Source: Phoronis australis (taxonomy: Eukaryota; Animalia; Phoronida). Taken from it: DNA of 64,000 bases. Position numbers and translations under genes: made by a program. Positions 11,701-23,900 of this stretch are shown here, piece after piece. The notes under the pieces are model-generated. The model ran no database searches. It saw only the letters and a list, made by a program, of their open reading frames with translations, and was not told the DNA's origin. The stretch's first letter is position 1; each line of letters starts with the position of its first letter. The DNA lies in NCBI GenBank assembly GCA_002633005.1, contig NMRA01000111.1, positions 214,866 to 278,865 of the forward strand. Direction: 5' to 3'.

Positions 11701-14700
11701 CTACATACTTCTTTCTGTTATCTTACTGTTGTAATTTAAGCTTGGTGACAAATATGTGATTTCACAAAATTAACGGAACAATTGTGAATCAAAGGTTATA
11801 AATCTAGGAAATCTGTTAGGAACTTGGGAAGTCAACACAAACTTTGAAACAAATTTAAAGGGAATTATTGCCTTGTCGTCTGATCTTTGATACTGGCAGT
11901 GGTGACCTGAAATTTTTCCCAGGCCGCCAAACACAATCTGTGGGTGCATTGGCGACCTACATGTCACCAAATCGAGCGCTGGCATCTGGCGTCCACAGCA
12001 CTATCTCCTAAACCCCTCTCACAGGATCTTGATGAGATTTGGCAGATGAGGCTGACGATGGATAATGATAACCACCGCTGTGCCGCCTAGTGGCAATTCT
12101 GATTTACCGTTGCCTCTGGATCTTTGGAGTTCTTGTATGGATTTTTTTAGAAATTTAGCAATTGGGTTTCTAATAAGGAGACGACGACACCTTTCCATTT
12201 TTGGATGGCTCTTGACGATTCTGTGTCACCTAATGGCCATTTGTTAAATTTTCAACTCATTTTTTGGCGTTCGCCTTCCTAACTGCCAAACTGTTATGAA
12301 AATTGGCAGGTGTGTTTATAATTAGGAGACTTCACCTGATGTTGATTTTCGGATGGGTTTGACTACTCTGACACTCCTTAGTGAGGATTTTGTTTCATTT
12401 TGCTTTACCCGTATCTCCTTAACTCTTCGCAAGTTGTTTGTGGAATTTTGGTAGTTTTGTTTCTGTGGAGCTGACAACAGATGATGATGAGTTTCAGACC
12501 AATCCAAAAATTGATGTGCCCCCCTAGAGACAATTTTATTTTTTATTCCTGTGTATCTTCGGAGTTCATTGACGGATTTTTATGAAACTTGGGGAAAATG
12601 GTTTCTATTAAGGAGATGGCAATGCAGATGTCTTCCTATGAAGCTGACGATGGATGACGACGAATTTCAGACTATTCCAACCACTGCTGTGCCTCCTAAT
12701 GGCAATTTTAGTTTTTCCGGTTGCCTCTGTATCTTTTAAATTTGTGAATGGATTTTCATGAAATTTGCTAGCTTTCTGTTAAGGAGACGACAAGACCTTT
12801 CCATTTTCGGATGGCTCTGAAGATTCTGCTCCTCCTAGTGGCCATATTTCAAAATTTTGAGTCAGTTTTTTTGGGATCCGTTTTTCTATTTGCCAAACTG
12901 CTTGAAGAATTGACGAATCGTTCTGAAAATTGGCAGGTGTTTTCCTAATGAGGATACTGCAGCTGAAGTTCAGACAGGTTTGACGGTGGCCCTTAGTTGG
13001 GATTTTTTTTTTTTGTGTTCGAGGCAATTTTATTTGTGAAGCTTCGGAGTTCATTGATGGATTTTCATGAACTTGGGAGTTAGGTTTCTATTAAGAATAC
13101 AACAATGCCTTTCGCATTTTAGCACAGGTTTGATTAATTCTGCGCCACCTAGTGGGGTTTTTTAAAAGTTTCAAGTCCACGTTGCTCCCTTTAATGGGAA
13201 TGTTTAAAATAATGATCATCTCTTGTATCTGTGCTCTATGCGATGTACATGGTGGGCACATATCAATGCTCTGCGTTGCTCTTGTTATAATTGCGCTTAT
13301 TTTACTGTTGATCGCACTATTTAGGTCTAAGCACTGATTCTTTTAGTAGTGTTTCAGTACAATGTTTGTAAATACTGAACTGAATTAAATATGTTAGACA
13401 TGACAATGCTGTGTTTTGATTGGAGATGATGGTTGTACTGCATTGATCACTCCTCGTTTGTCTTATTTCAGCATGAGATGTACCTGCGTGCCTTCAACAT
13501 CGTTTCTGAATTTCCCCAGGTAAGAATTCAGGTGTTTTCGTTTCTCAGTTATTCCCAAGGTAAGAATTCTGGTGTTTTCGTTTCTCAGTTAACAAATTTT
13601 AATTACTTTACATGTCACTTGCATTCATTTATACTGAGAATGAAAAATATGAAAGTATTGAACATTTTAGGTATCTGATCTTTGAAAATCATTGAAGTTA
13701 TTAGACATGAAACAATTTAAAGGTAAATCCATTAATCGCTTAGTTGCCCATTCCCGAATTTGATCAACATAGCATGTACTAGTTCTGCACGAGCATTGTC
13801 CTTTTTGTGCTCTTGTCGTCTGTGTCAGCCTTGTGTTAATATATGTCTGATTGTGATTGTCTAGATACAAAGTTCAGAGGATGAGGAGAAGTACTGTCGT
13901 ATGTTACGCCAACTCTTGGATGACCATCGGGATGTGGTCACGCTATTGGCTGAAGGATTCAAGGAATGTCAAAAACACATCAAGGTACCGTCGGTAGTCG
14001 CTTGATTTTGTTTTTGTACTCGATACATTTATATATTTATGTATGCATACCTCATAATTACAGAAGTATGAAAGTTTGCTGCCCTAACCAAGGTCAAACC
14101 CTGGATCTTCCAAAATCCATGTAAATGCTCTAGCCCACCGAATCATAGCACGTGGGGACTGCTGGTTGAACACAGAATTCAAATCAGATGGTCTTGTGTT
14201 TGGAGGGACTCCATATCCATGTTGTGAGATATGTAAACAAAAGCTAACATAGCATCAAGAAGTGACAGCTGGAATTAAGTTTTGGCCAACATGTCTCATG
14301 GTCAGACGTCATGTAATATTCTGATTCCCTTAGGGAGTCATCTCTGAATTATTATTGTTATCAAAACCAAGCAACATGCATCTATTAGAAATAATGAAAA
14401 CATTAAGAAAGGATGCTTTAATGAACACGTGTTTAAACTGTTGCTCCTGAAGCAGTTTTACCAAACGTGTACGTCTTTATTAAGATATCGTAATAATCTT
14501 CACTGTTCTAAAAATGCTATCGCTAATTGGAATATGACTGCTTCAATTTTCAACACCAAGTGTGGCATGACGGCATGGATTCGAAAACAAAATTGCCTTT
14601 CTGAAGAGATTCTTGACAAAAATACATCCTCAGCTGTTTTGTATTTTCTCATTTTTAACAAATACATATGTCTGTCAACAGGACTACAACATGGTTAAGA

Positions 14701-17700
14701 ACTTCCTGGACAGGACGCTCACTTCACGCCTGGGTATTCGCATGTTGTGTGAACACCATCTCCTATTACATGACCATAAGGTAAGCTTTGTTTCAACATA
14801 CATTTGGCATTGTCATAGGGGAGAAAATACAATATAGTATATGATAATAATCAGGGCTTGGAATTTTCCGCGGAAACGCGGATTTCCGCTTTTTTCAAAT
14901 GTTCTGCCCGGGCATTTTATTATATTTCTGCGTTAAAAAAAATCGGATTTGATATAAAATTTCCGCGTCAAATTCGTTTCTTACCGCGGCGTTGCCGACG
15001 ACGTTCACCTCGAAAAGCGGAAGTTGCTCTTTATGTTTTGGAGGAACGTAAATTGTCAACATTGCCGGGGCATCTGGGATAGTGTGGTGAGATTTTCAAT
15101 GGCGTCTCGCGTTTGACTGTAAACCGCGGTGACAAATACTATGGCTCTGCAGGCAAAAATGTGTGGGGGTGGGAGTGGAGGAGTGGATGGACGAGACAAA
15201 AAGACGCAGACGCATGCTACTGACTTTTGTCGGCGAAAGGTTCACATTGGCTATTTCAAGGCTGGGTAGCGTGCATGTTTCGGGCCGTAAAAGTTTCCGC
15301 GTTTTTTGTCATTGGTCATTCCAAGCCCTGAATAATATAATTTTCAATATAAAAACACTAGTTGCCAGTCATCTTGAATATTTCTTTGTGTTAAATATTT
15401 TCAGGCTCTCGTTATGCCTGGTGCTCACAACTCAAATGAGCCGTGAGGATTGCCCTCACAATTTCTTCATGAACTCAAAACCATTGGTTGTGGGTGAGGT
15501 GAGAAAAGAACTTGGCCCATTACCTAGGTAGCCAATATGAAAATTAATTATTGCGGCACCTGACAACAAAATTTTTTTTCTTACTTGTTCATTGTCACTG
15601 TATGTATATTTATTCAATAACTAGGCCCCCGGCCCTTGTTGCAGTCAAATCATCAAATACAATACAGGTAAGAGTCAAGCACTAAAAGTAACCCGAGCTC
15701 ATCATGAGGTATTTACATGTTGACCATATAAGATCTTTTTCCTCCATAGTCATGAGTCTGTTGATTTTTGTAACATTGGGATTGTTGTAGCTTCATGCAG
15801 GCAAATACTGTTTCCTTGGGTCATCGTAGAATGGACATTCGGTAATGAAATGATATTCTGACTCGACACATGTCCTAACACACAGAGGGCATAACATTTC
15901 TGGTCTGCTAAGTTTCAAGTATCTACCCTTTTCAATCATTAGTGCATGCGCTGAACATCTTAATCTTAGGGCTGTTCCAGTAAAATCTGTATGGGAGGGG
16001 GAAGGCACCTTTTTTTTGCACCCACCACCCATATTTTTCATTTATTTTTTCATCCCACCACCTGTAATTTTTATATAAGTTTGAAATGCCACCACGCTTG
16101 AGTTTATCTGCTCCTAGATCACCCCTGACGTCATTCATTACTAAGAAAACATATGTTTCTTATATATGGTTATTAGCCATCGAGAAATTCGAGCACCTGT
16201 GGTTAACTGGTGTTATGGGCATGCCGATGGGGAGATCGGAGGAAGTGAAAAAGTCGGAGCTTTTTGCAAATTGCATTTTTGTTTTTTTAGTTGTTGATTC
16301 TGTGCGGATTGTTTGTAAAACTTACTGAAATTACCTACCATCAAACATTTATGGCCCAATGAAACAACAACGACTTGTAAATTATTATTTTTTTGAAGTA
16401 CGACCACCAGCCATTTTGAATTTAAATCAAACGCAACCACCCATAGATTTTTATTTCAATTGCCTTCCCCCCTCCCACACAGATTTTACTGGAACAGCCC
16501 TTATCATATTAGGTCTAACATTTACATTGTCAATTAACCTAAATAATTTTCAAAACATATATATAACTTATAAGTTCTGTAAGTTTCCAGCTTAATCGAA
16601 TTGTTCAAAATTTCTAGCCATTTTTGCTGATCAATATCTGCATCTTTGTTTAAAAGTGATATGAAGCTTGTCTCGGAACCTACACCCTGATTGTACCATG
16701 CTTCTCCAAAACCAAACTGTACTGCCATTCGTAGCAATAATATGTAATTTTTGACGCATCGGTTTTTAATAGTTTTAACCAATATTTCATAATTCTAGAA
16801 AGTCGGTATGCAATGAAGGAGTGACGACCCATCTCACCTTTAACAACCGATGAAATTGCTGTGCTAGGCAAATTTAAAATTTCTTTACAAAATTTTGTGT
16901 GGACTATTTCAATACATTCGCCCGCACTAAAACCCCAGCCATAATGAAGTATTGGCAGTATTTGACAGTTGAATAATTTCAAACTAACTTTAATAGGGAG
17001 TGCATTAACTGTATATACTTCATTTATGCTGATTACTGTGAATGTAGTTTTCAAATCACTCACTATTCTGCCCGCTTGTGGGTAGCCGTTGTCATAACTA
17101 AGTTTCACTTTAGCAATTAACCTGAACTTGTAGCTCTTCACGTGTACCAAGGCTTATTTATGCATATGGAAGAGTCCATACTGGCTGGGTGTGGGTTTGT
17201 GAATGGTTTTAGGTTCTGTTTGCATTTATTTTACCATCAAGAGATATGTGTGATTAATTGTGTGGAAATCACTCACTACATAAATGCATGTCTGAAGCTG
17301 GTCTTTCAGAATTGGGAAATGGATTTTTTTAAACTTGTATTTTCATAGTCTTCATGTCTTCTAGCCTGGCTTTATTGGCATCATTTGCACAAACTTCCAA
17401 CCAAGACGGATGTTAGAGAAGAAAGGAGAATTTGCAAAGTAAGTACGCAGAGCATGCGACGATGCCAAATTGTCCCTTCAATGAAAGTTGTTCTGTGTGT
17501 GTGTCCCATGTTTGGCTATCATAACATGGGCGTCATATCTACATTACCTCTGAAAGTGACATCAAGCTCTTGTATCGTTTAACTTAGGTCTCCAAAGATT
17601 TTTTGTGATTAAACAGGAAAAATAATCAGAATTTGACGAAGAATTCAGAAGTGCAATTTAACTCTGTTGTTACCACATGTCTTTTTCGTTAAGTTATGTG

Positions 17701-20700
17701 GTCTCTGCATATTCACTGATTGGTGAGTTGGGTATTCTCTTGTTTTTGATCCAGTTGATCCTTAATTTCATGAGAAACAACTACAGTTTAATGACATTGA
17801 CAGACTTCAGGAGGATAGTTTTATCAACCCGTGATTACGTTTTAACAAAATTTTGGTCAGTTGTTTTTACCTGTCGAATTATGATTGATCCAATGGCCTC
17901 TAAACTGTCCATTGGTGAGCTTTAATTGACTGAAATTCAAAACGATTATGATTAAGGATCCTAGACTCAAATGTCTGATGTGCGCTGAGGTATATACTTG
18001 ACAGGAATATTATGAATTTCAACCAAAATGCTTGATTGACTGATAACAGTGTTCTTCACCTAACTTTTGCGTCTACCTGGAGAATGCCTGCCTGAGGATG
18101 TGATGTCATAATTTCAGAATATCGAACTATGTGACTGTGGGCATCTTGCCCTGAAAGTTCATAACAATCTACCAATAATATAACAGTGATTGGACCTTTT
18201 GTTATATGATGCAAAAATATTATAAATCATAACTTCTGAAACTTAATGTAAAATAGTTTTCCCAACATTGTGAAGCCCCCTGGTTCCTAATGGGGATTGA
18301 TCACTCTATAGTTCTGGCGCCCGCAAAAATTTTGTCGCCCTCTGTGGGTGAGAATGTCTGTTATCTAAGTTTTGTTATACGTATCTTCAAAATTTAAATG
18401 GACTGGGAAATGCACTGCTAAAAATCGTGACAGTGGAAGAGTCAATAGTACTTGAGTTATAAAATTTGGTAATTTTGATGTTTATGTTAACAATATGACA
18501 CAGTCAGGGTAGGTAAGCTATAATTGAAGGTAGGGTAATTATCTAGCAATAGTCCAAGTGGCTTGGTATCACAAATAACACAATGAAGTTAATCAGCGTT
18601 GCACTGTTCAAATACATTGGTCTCAACCTCTCATCTGTTTGTTGCTCAAATGAACACGGCTAGTGGGTCTAAGTGAGACAAAGTTGTAGTGTTTTGTTTT
18701 TCAGACGACTCTGTGAACACAAGTACGGCAAATCGCCCAATGTTCGACTCAATGGTCATGTGAACGCCTCATTTCCGTATATTCCTCAGCCACTCGACTA
18801 CATCTTGGGAGAAGTGCTGAAAAATGCCATGAGGTAAGGTACATTCACTGGGTCAGACTGTTATGAGCTGAAACGCCTTTTTAATAACAGGTGTATTTTA
18901 CATTATCTATTAGTGATTGTTTTATTGAACTGAAATCAGAGCGAACAATAAGTGCAATCTGATTATTCAATTTATTTCAGTCATTCAGGATTTATAAAGC
19001 ATTTAAACTGAGATGGAATAAATGGTTTCCAAGGAAAATTACAATGCTGTGTAGGGAATCCAGTAGTTTTAAGGATAAAAACAAGGCACTTATGTGTCAT
19101 AGAATGAAAGCCATGTTTTGATAAGTACTGAACTGTATTCGTGTAGGTAACTGGGCAATAGTCTCTTTCAGGGTCCCTGGTTTTATGAACCAGTTTGATA
19201 TCCGTTATTTTAAGGAAAAGGGCTCTCAAAATCCAGGACCCCTTTATCTTACTATTTCCTTTAACTGTCCTCTTGTACATTGATGGATGTTACTAACAGA
19301 TACCTATTTTCTTTGTTGCAGAGCCACAGTTGAGAACAACTATGAGTCACTTCATCTGCCTGATGTTGTGGTCACCTTCGCTAACAATGATATTGACTTT
19401 ATAATTAGGTAATTTGCTTTGTGTTCTTGAGCTTCTTTGTTGTGCTGTTTTTGCTTGCAAATTCACATCAGTTTTCAGCTATGTTAAAACTGTTATTAAT
19501 CTGCCTAACATCAAAGAAACTTGGTTTGGGCAAGTTGCTCTTGTAAACCTAACCTCATCTTGTTTCTCAGTCAAATTATGCGTGTTTTCTGGACTTGGAA
19601 ATAGCTGCCAGTTCATTGGTGTTAGATGTGATCCTCGCCACAAAAAGAGCTGGCAGTTCATGGTGTTCGATGCGATAATTGGCACATAAAATGACCCCAT
19701 GTTATAAGCTAATGCTTTGTGCTTGTTCACAAGCCATGATAAGCTATCAGTTGTTCCCCAGCTCAAAAATCATCTTGCATTTCATTGAGAAAGTAAGTTG
19801 AAGCTAGTTGTTTTATTAATGCTAAGTGGTCTAAACCAAAAATTAGTTTTTTTAAGGAAAGACAGTCTGACAGCGGCTTGAAGTTGTAATAAGATAAATT
19901 TGGAAGAAAGCAACATGGTGTGCATTTCATCTATTGAGCAGCTGTGCTATAGTTGCCAATCAGATTTATTCGCAAGATGTTGTGGTGAATTCAGCTAACA
20001 TTACTATTATGGTATTATCAGTAATAGTAACATTTCATATGATTATGAATGTTTCGTCAGGATCTCAGACAGAGGAAGTGGAATCCCTCATCACATTCGC
20101 ACCAAGATATTTGACTACCATTTTACGACTAGCGGCGAGTCGCAGGTTGAGCAAGAAGGTGGCATATTTGACTCAATTGTGAACCCTGCATTCAGTGGAC
20201 CAGCTGCTGGGCCCATGCACGGGTAGGTGGTATTTTGATCAGGGGGTGTGCAATTTAAGTCGATCATTAGGCCTGTTTGTCTTGTGGACCAGCCGCTGGA
20301 CAAGTATACAGATCTGTGAGATGTGAAACGCCTCATGATTCTCAGATCTTTGTTTTCTGAAGCCATTGCTGGGTATATGTAATTCTTCACAGTAATGGTC
20401 AGTTGACACTCTGTAAGTATAAAAGTAGTCAGCATACACTTTTGGAAATTTTGGAAATCAGATAAATCAGCAATATTTAGGATATTGAAAAATTTCATCG
20501 CCTAGGTTGGACTAATTTATCGGCTCCATTGTGAAGCCACACGAATGTCTTAACAGAATGCAGTTAGACACAATGCTTCATTCACGTGCCAGCCACTCTG
20601 GTCTAGAGTGCTGACCTTACTATTTGTTACTGTGTTCAAAATAACTAAGTGTTCAATTTTCGTTTTGAAACCCCTTTCTCACAGCATGCAAACACTCCAT

Positions 20701-20989
20701 TGGCTTCAGTTCGACTTGTTAAAGATGGGACAAATAAAGACACACAACAGTTATCCGGACTTTATTTTCCTTGTCACTGTTATTGTTTCTTACCTTTTTG
20801 TTGTGTAAACAAATGGGAAGACATCGATTGTTTTTGAATTTCAGCTTTGGCTTTGGATTGCCCGCATCAAAGGCATACGCAGAGTATCTTGGTGGAGATC
20901 TGACTGTGGAGACTATGCAAGGTATAGGCACTGATGTCTACCTCCGTCTCCGACACATTGACGGCAAACAGGAAAGCTTCCGTATTTGA
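2779..20989 (+). CDS. BCKDK: Branched-chain alpha-ketoacid dehydrogenase kinase, mitochondrial (11 coding exons, 412 aa)
   Basis: Exons: 2779-2973, 8010-8078, 11208-11318, 13472-13519, 13865-13984, 14682-14780, 17365-17438, 18705-18833, 19322-19408, 20061-20222, 20845-20989. All are GT-AG with compatible phases, 1239 nt in total. Peptides: [56 protein letters not shown] (N-box), ISDRGSG (G1), GPMHGFGFGLP (G2), [22 protein letters not shown]. Confidence 0.96.
3115..3187 (-). mobile_element. tRNA-derived SINE head (degenerate)
   Basis: The minus strand reads ggagtgtggctcagtggtttgagc...ccaggttagaatcttggc, with a Pol III A-box (TGGCTCAGTGG) and a near B-box (GGTTAGAATC). It does not fold as an intact tRNA by eye. 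Confidence 0.55.
3332..4253. mobile_element. Non-autonomous DNA transposon with ~260-bp TIRs and a 9-bp TSD
   Basis: Termini are TAGGCAATGACC...GGTCATTGCCTA. The near-identical arms (~3332-3592 and ~3992-4253) explain the twin ORFs 3338+ and 3942-. The direct repeat CCAGAAAGC flanks it at 3323-3331 and 4254-4262. Confidence 0.92.
5013..5124. repeat. Short palindromic MITE-like repeat; second, inverted copy at ~7522-7636
   Basis: gcactcagagaggtctc...gggacccctgtaagtgcctatt resembles the reverse complement of caatagtcactttgagaggtctc...gactgttgccctgagtg. Confidence 0.5.
5153..6176. mobile_element. TIR element hosting the nested 5562-6106 MITE
   Basis: Inverted ends gtcgctttcccattag (5153) and ctaattggaaagcgac (6176), with repeated internal cgaagtttcgg/gcgaaactttgc motifs on both sides. 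Confidence 0.55.
5562..6106. mobile_element. PIF/Harbinger (Tourist-like) MITE, copy 1
   Basis: GGGCTG...CAGCCC termini with TAA on both sides. It is similar along its length to 15969-16500, and the right TIR is partly deleted. Confidence 0.85.
8990..9740 (-). mobile_element. Penelope-like retroelement 3' fragment (GIY-YIG endonuclease region plus pLTR remnant)
   Basis: Frameshifted minus-strand peptides: [41 protein letters not shown], and [47 protein letters not shown]. These match the PLE linker and GIY-YIG pattern. Boundaries are approximate. Confidence 0.85.
9070..9104 (-). ncRNA. Degenerate minimal type I hammerhead ribozyme of the Penelope pLTR
   Basis: The minus strand reads AGC-TGAA-GTCCG-TGAGATG-CGGAC-GCAA-CGTC-GCT. 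It shows helix II GTCCG/CGGAC, a palindromic ACGT helix III and a GUC triplet. The core deviates from CUGANGA/GAAA. Confidence 0.6.
11860..13290. repeat. Complex internally repetitive interspersed element (possibly Helentron/HINE-like); fragments also at ~6890-7050 and ~7680-7870
   Basis: Recurrent modules such as gtgccncctagtggcaattt, gattttcatgaaatttgg, ggtttctattaaggagacgac and gaaaattggcaggtgt. The class is inferred, not demonstrated. Confidence 0.5.
14852..15330. mobile_element. Non-autonomous TIR element with CAG...CTG ends and an apparent 6-bp TSD
   Basis: TIRs CAGGGCTTGGAAT / ATTCCAAGCCCTG, with AATAAT on both flanks (14846-14851 and 15331-15336). The interior is CpG-rich relative to the surrounding intron. 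Confidence 0.75.
15600..17150 (-). mobile_element. Non-LTR retrotransposon (CR1/L2-group LINE) 3' fragment, interrupted by a MITE
   Basis: Peptides [13 protein letters not shown]...[15 protein letters not shown]...VKGEMGR and [15 protein letters not shown]...LCPLC...[14 protein letters not shown] are typical of the RT thumb and C-terminal region. An AATAAA-type tail lies at ~15600-15615 on the minus strand. Confidence 0.85.
15969..16500. mobile_element. PIF/Harbinger (Tourist-like) MITE, copy 2, nested in the LINE
   Basis: TIRs GGGCTGTTCCAGTAAAATCTGTATGGGAGGGG / CCCCTCCCACACAGATTTTACTGGAACAGCCC, with a TTA TSD at 15966-15968 and 16501-16503. Confidence 0.9.
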
Positions 20990-23900
20990 TAATTGGGAGT
21001 CATTTTCTTCGCTATAGGAGTGGCGTGAAAGAGTTCAACCTCCATCAGTGGTTAATCATTAGTCACAGACTTTTGTTCACTGACCCGTTTTGGAATAAGA
21101 GGCTCCTGTCAATCGTAATATGAAGTGAGGGAAAATGTGATGCAAATAAATATTTACTTAGTACCTAGAAGAAGCCAAAGTATGCAGGAAATAATGAGAA
21201 GCGGCTCCCAGAACAAGTAATCACCGTGTTATTGCAATGATTACAACATTGGCTAGATTGATTCAATTTTAATTATTGGTTAATATTGGCAGGGTTGTGT
21301 TGTTTTTGCATTAATGTAGAACTGGCTAAACTTTTACTGAGGAGAGCACTCCATATTGGAGGAGGCGTAGGCAGAAAGAACCCCTTTGTATCAATGGGAA
21401 GTGTCTAATTTTGAAGTACACGTAACAAGAACACGAAGCTTTAATATCATTTCCTTTTTAAAATGTGAGGTTTGAGGTACTACTCCATATTATCTGTTAT
21501 GTTTTTGTTCGTGTAAAATTCATTCATGCATCTACGCTAGGCATGAAGTTCAAGTTGATTTGGGATGTGTTAACTATGCATCTAGTCATTTACAAAGTAC
21601 TGGCAGCTCAGTTAAGCCAAAAGTAGTTACGCTAACAATTCTTCAGTTTGGGTCTCGAAGATTCTGGAAACCAAAATTGAATTTTCTAGATTTGAAGGTG
21701 GGTCGTGGGTGATTTTGGTGTTCATCACATTTCTCAAATATGGGAAGCTGCACTGAAAATACACTTGCTAGTTTATAAAATCATTAAAAATAGCCGCCTT
21801 GGATTTGGTGTGGCCATTATTGCCTATATCCGAATTTTAGTACAAACTGAAGAATTTTTAGTGTATACGTATGTATGTGTTAGTTGTTCTCTGACAACAG
21901 TTTAGATTAATTAGTGGTGTGTATGAGGATTGTGTGAGAGGTGAAAAAGTGCTGTTTTGTTTTAGTTTGTGCTATGTTTTTTTACAGTTACCAATTTATT
22001 CAAACAAACACAAATATACGAATACTATAAAATTCAGCCCTGAAACCGCAGTTAGCATTATATCCGGGCTTTAGGCAATGAACAAACAGTAATAAATAAG
22101 AATATTAAACTGTTATTATAAACAACAATAATTTGTGGTATCCACAGCCTGTTTGACTGCTCACTACCTTATCCGTTTCTGATGGTAACGACAGTACCTG
22201 CCAAAAACAATCGTGCAAAATTCCGTTTCATCCCCATTCCAGTTGCTCTGTTGGTACATTCACTTGCATGCTGCTGCCATGATGCGGGTATCCCATGTCG
22301 TTTTGTCTAATTATTTTTGATGTGAACTGTAGTTGCATGTTCTGGCTCAGAATGACTAACAACTGAGGTACGTGGGGTACAGTTCTCTAGCTTTTGGTAA
22401 TCAGTGTTGTCCCTTTGTTAACTTGGGGTGCAGTGGAAGTCCTGTATATATATTTTAATAGGTATAACTCTTTGTTAAACCAATGGTATAAACATGTGAA
22501 ACCAATTGTTAAGCCAGTGATTCCAAGAATAGTCCACTTAGGGTTCAACACCATAAAAAGCAATAATTAGGTCCTTACCAGAATGGGAGATCTCTAAATA
22601 CGGCATTGTATGTGGCTAGTTTGTCTAGTCAGTAGGAACTGCAAGTCTTTTTAAGGTCGTTTGGAAGGTGTTGTCGTGGCCAACTTTGCATTTGTGAAGT
22701 TGGAAGAAACAAGTCGCGTACAATAGGCAGTTTTGTTTTACATCTTTGTGGCAATGACGTCCCTTCATTCTACATTATTTGTTACTGTCCTTGGTCAAGA
22801 ATGAAGTAGATCTTTTATGCACTATAAACCTTGTATAATTTTGGAGGGTACGATCAGTGTTGTTGCGTTACTCTGGATGTTGTCATTTAAACAGGTTTGG
22901 TGGATAGCATTTCAACTGTTACAATGTTTAATATTGGCCAGTTACTCTTTGTATGTTGTTACACATGCAGGGAAATGTACCTTACGCAATGAATTCAATT
23001 TCTTGTAATTGTGATTAGTGGCTAGGGATACTTCTGTTCATTAGTTAAGGGTTGTGTCGTGTGTACAAGTGCCTTTTGGAAACAGAATGGAGGGCAATTA
23101 TCTGATTTTATTCATATTTTTGTGTCAAATATTTGCTGGCTTTTTATTATCTTTGACATCAAGGATTGAATTTCTGAAGTAACTTTCAAAATATTTTAAA
23201 CCTGTATTTTTAAAATTCTTGGATCACCACAGAATGTTTTATGTACACAAAAATAGTGTCCAGATGTCTGTAATCATGAGACTGTGTTTTTTAAAAAGTT
23301 TTATTTTTTGCAGAAATCACAAAAATTTCCACTAGAATAATTTTTTTGAACGAAGCTTATAATTTCTGTTTCTTTATTCTATTAACTCAAATTTTCTGGG
23401 ATTTTCTTTGTTAGATGTTCTTTTTGCCCAAAACTCGACTTTTAAAATTAAAAATGTCAGCATTCCTTGAAAAAACAAGTCTTAATTTTAATCCCAGACA
23501 TTCCTTTGTTGGTTCGTGGCCCAAAACTTTGTGGAAAAGTCAGTGATCTTGAACAATCCTGCACTTCATAAAAAAACGCAATCATGCGATTACTAACATC
23601 TGAACACTGCTTCATGAACATATTAAGATTCTGTTTTAAGTTTTTTGGGTCTATTATAAACTTAAAAAGTTATTTAAGAAATTTGATGGTTGCTAATGAG
23701 GGTGGCACTGTAGGTATTGTTACACATTACTTTAAACAGTTGGTGTTCACAGTATTTTTAAAATCTCAAGAGAAAGTGGATGAATTATTTTTGTCTAAAA
23801 ATAGTGAAGTTTTGCCATGCTTGTAACCCTAGCATACATGCAAGAGCACACTTGCCTACAGAAGCTTATTTTAGAATAACAATATCCAGACACGTGTTAC

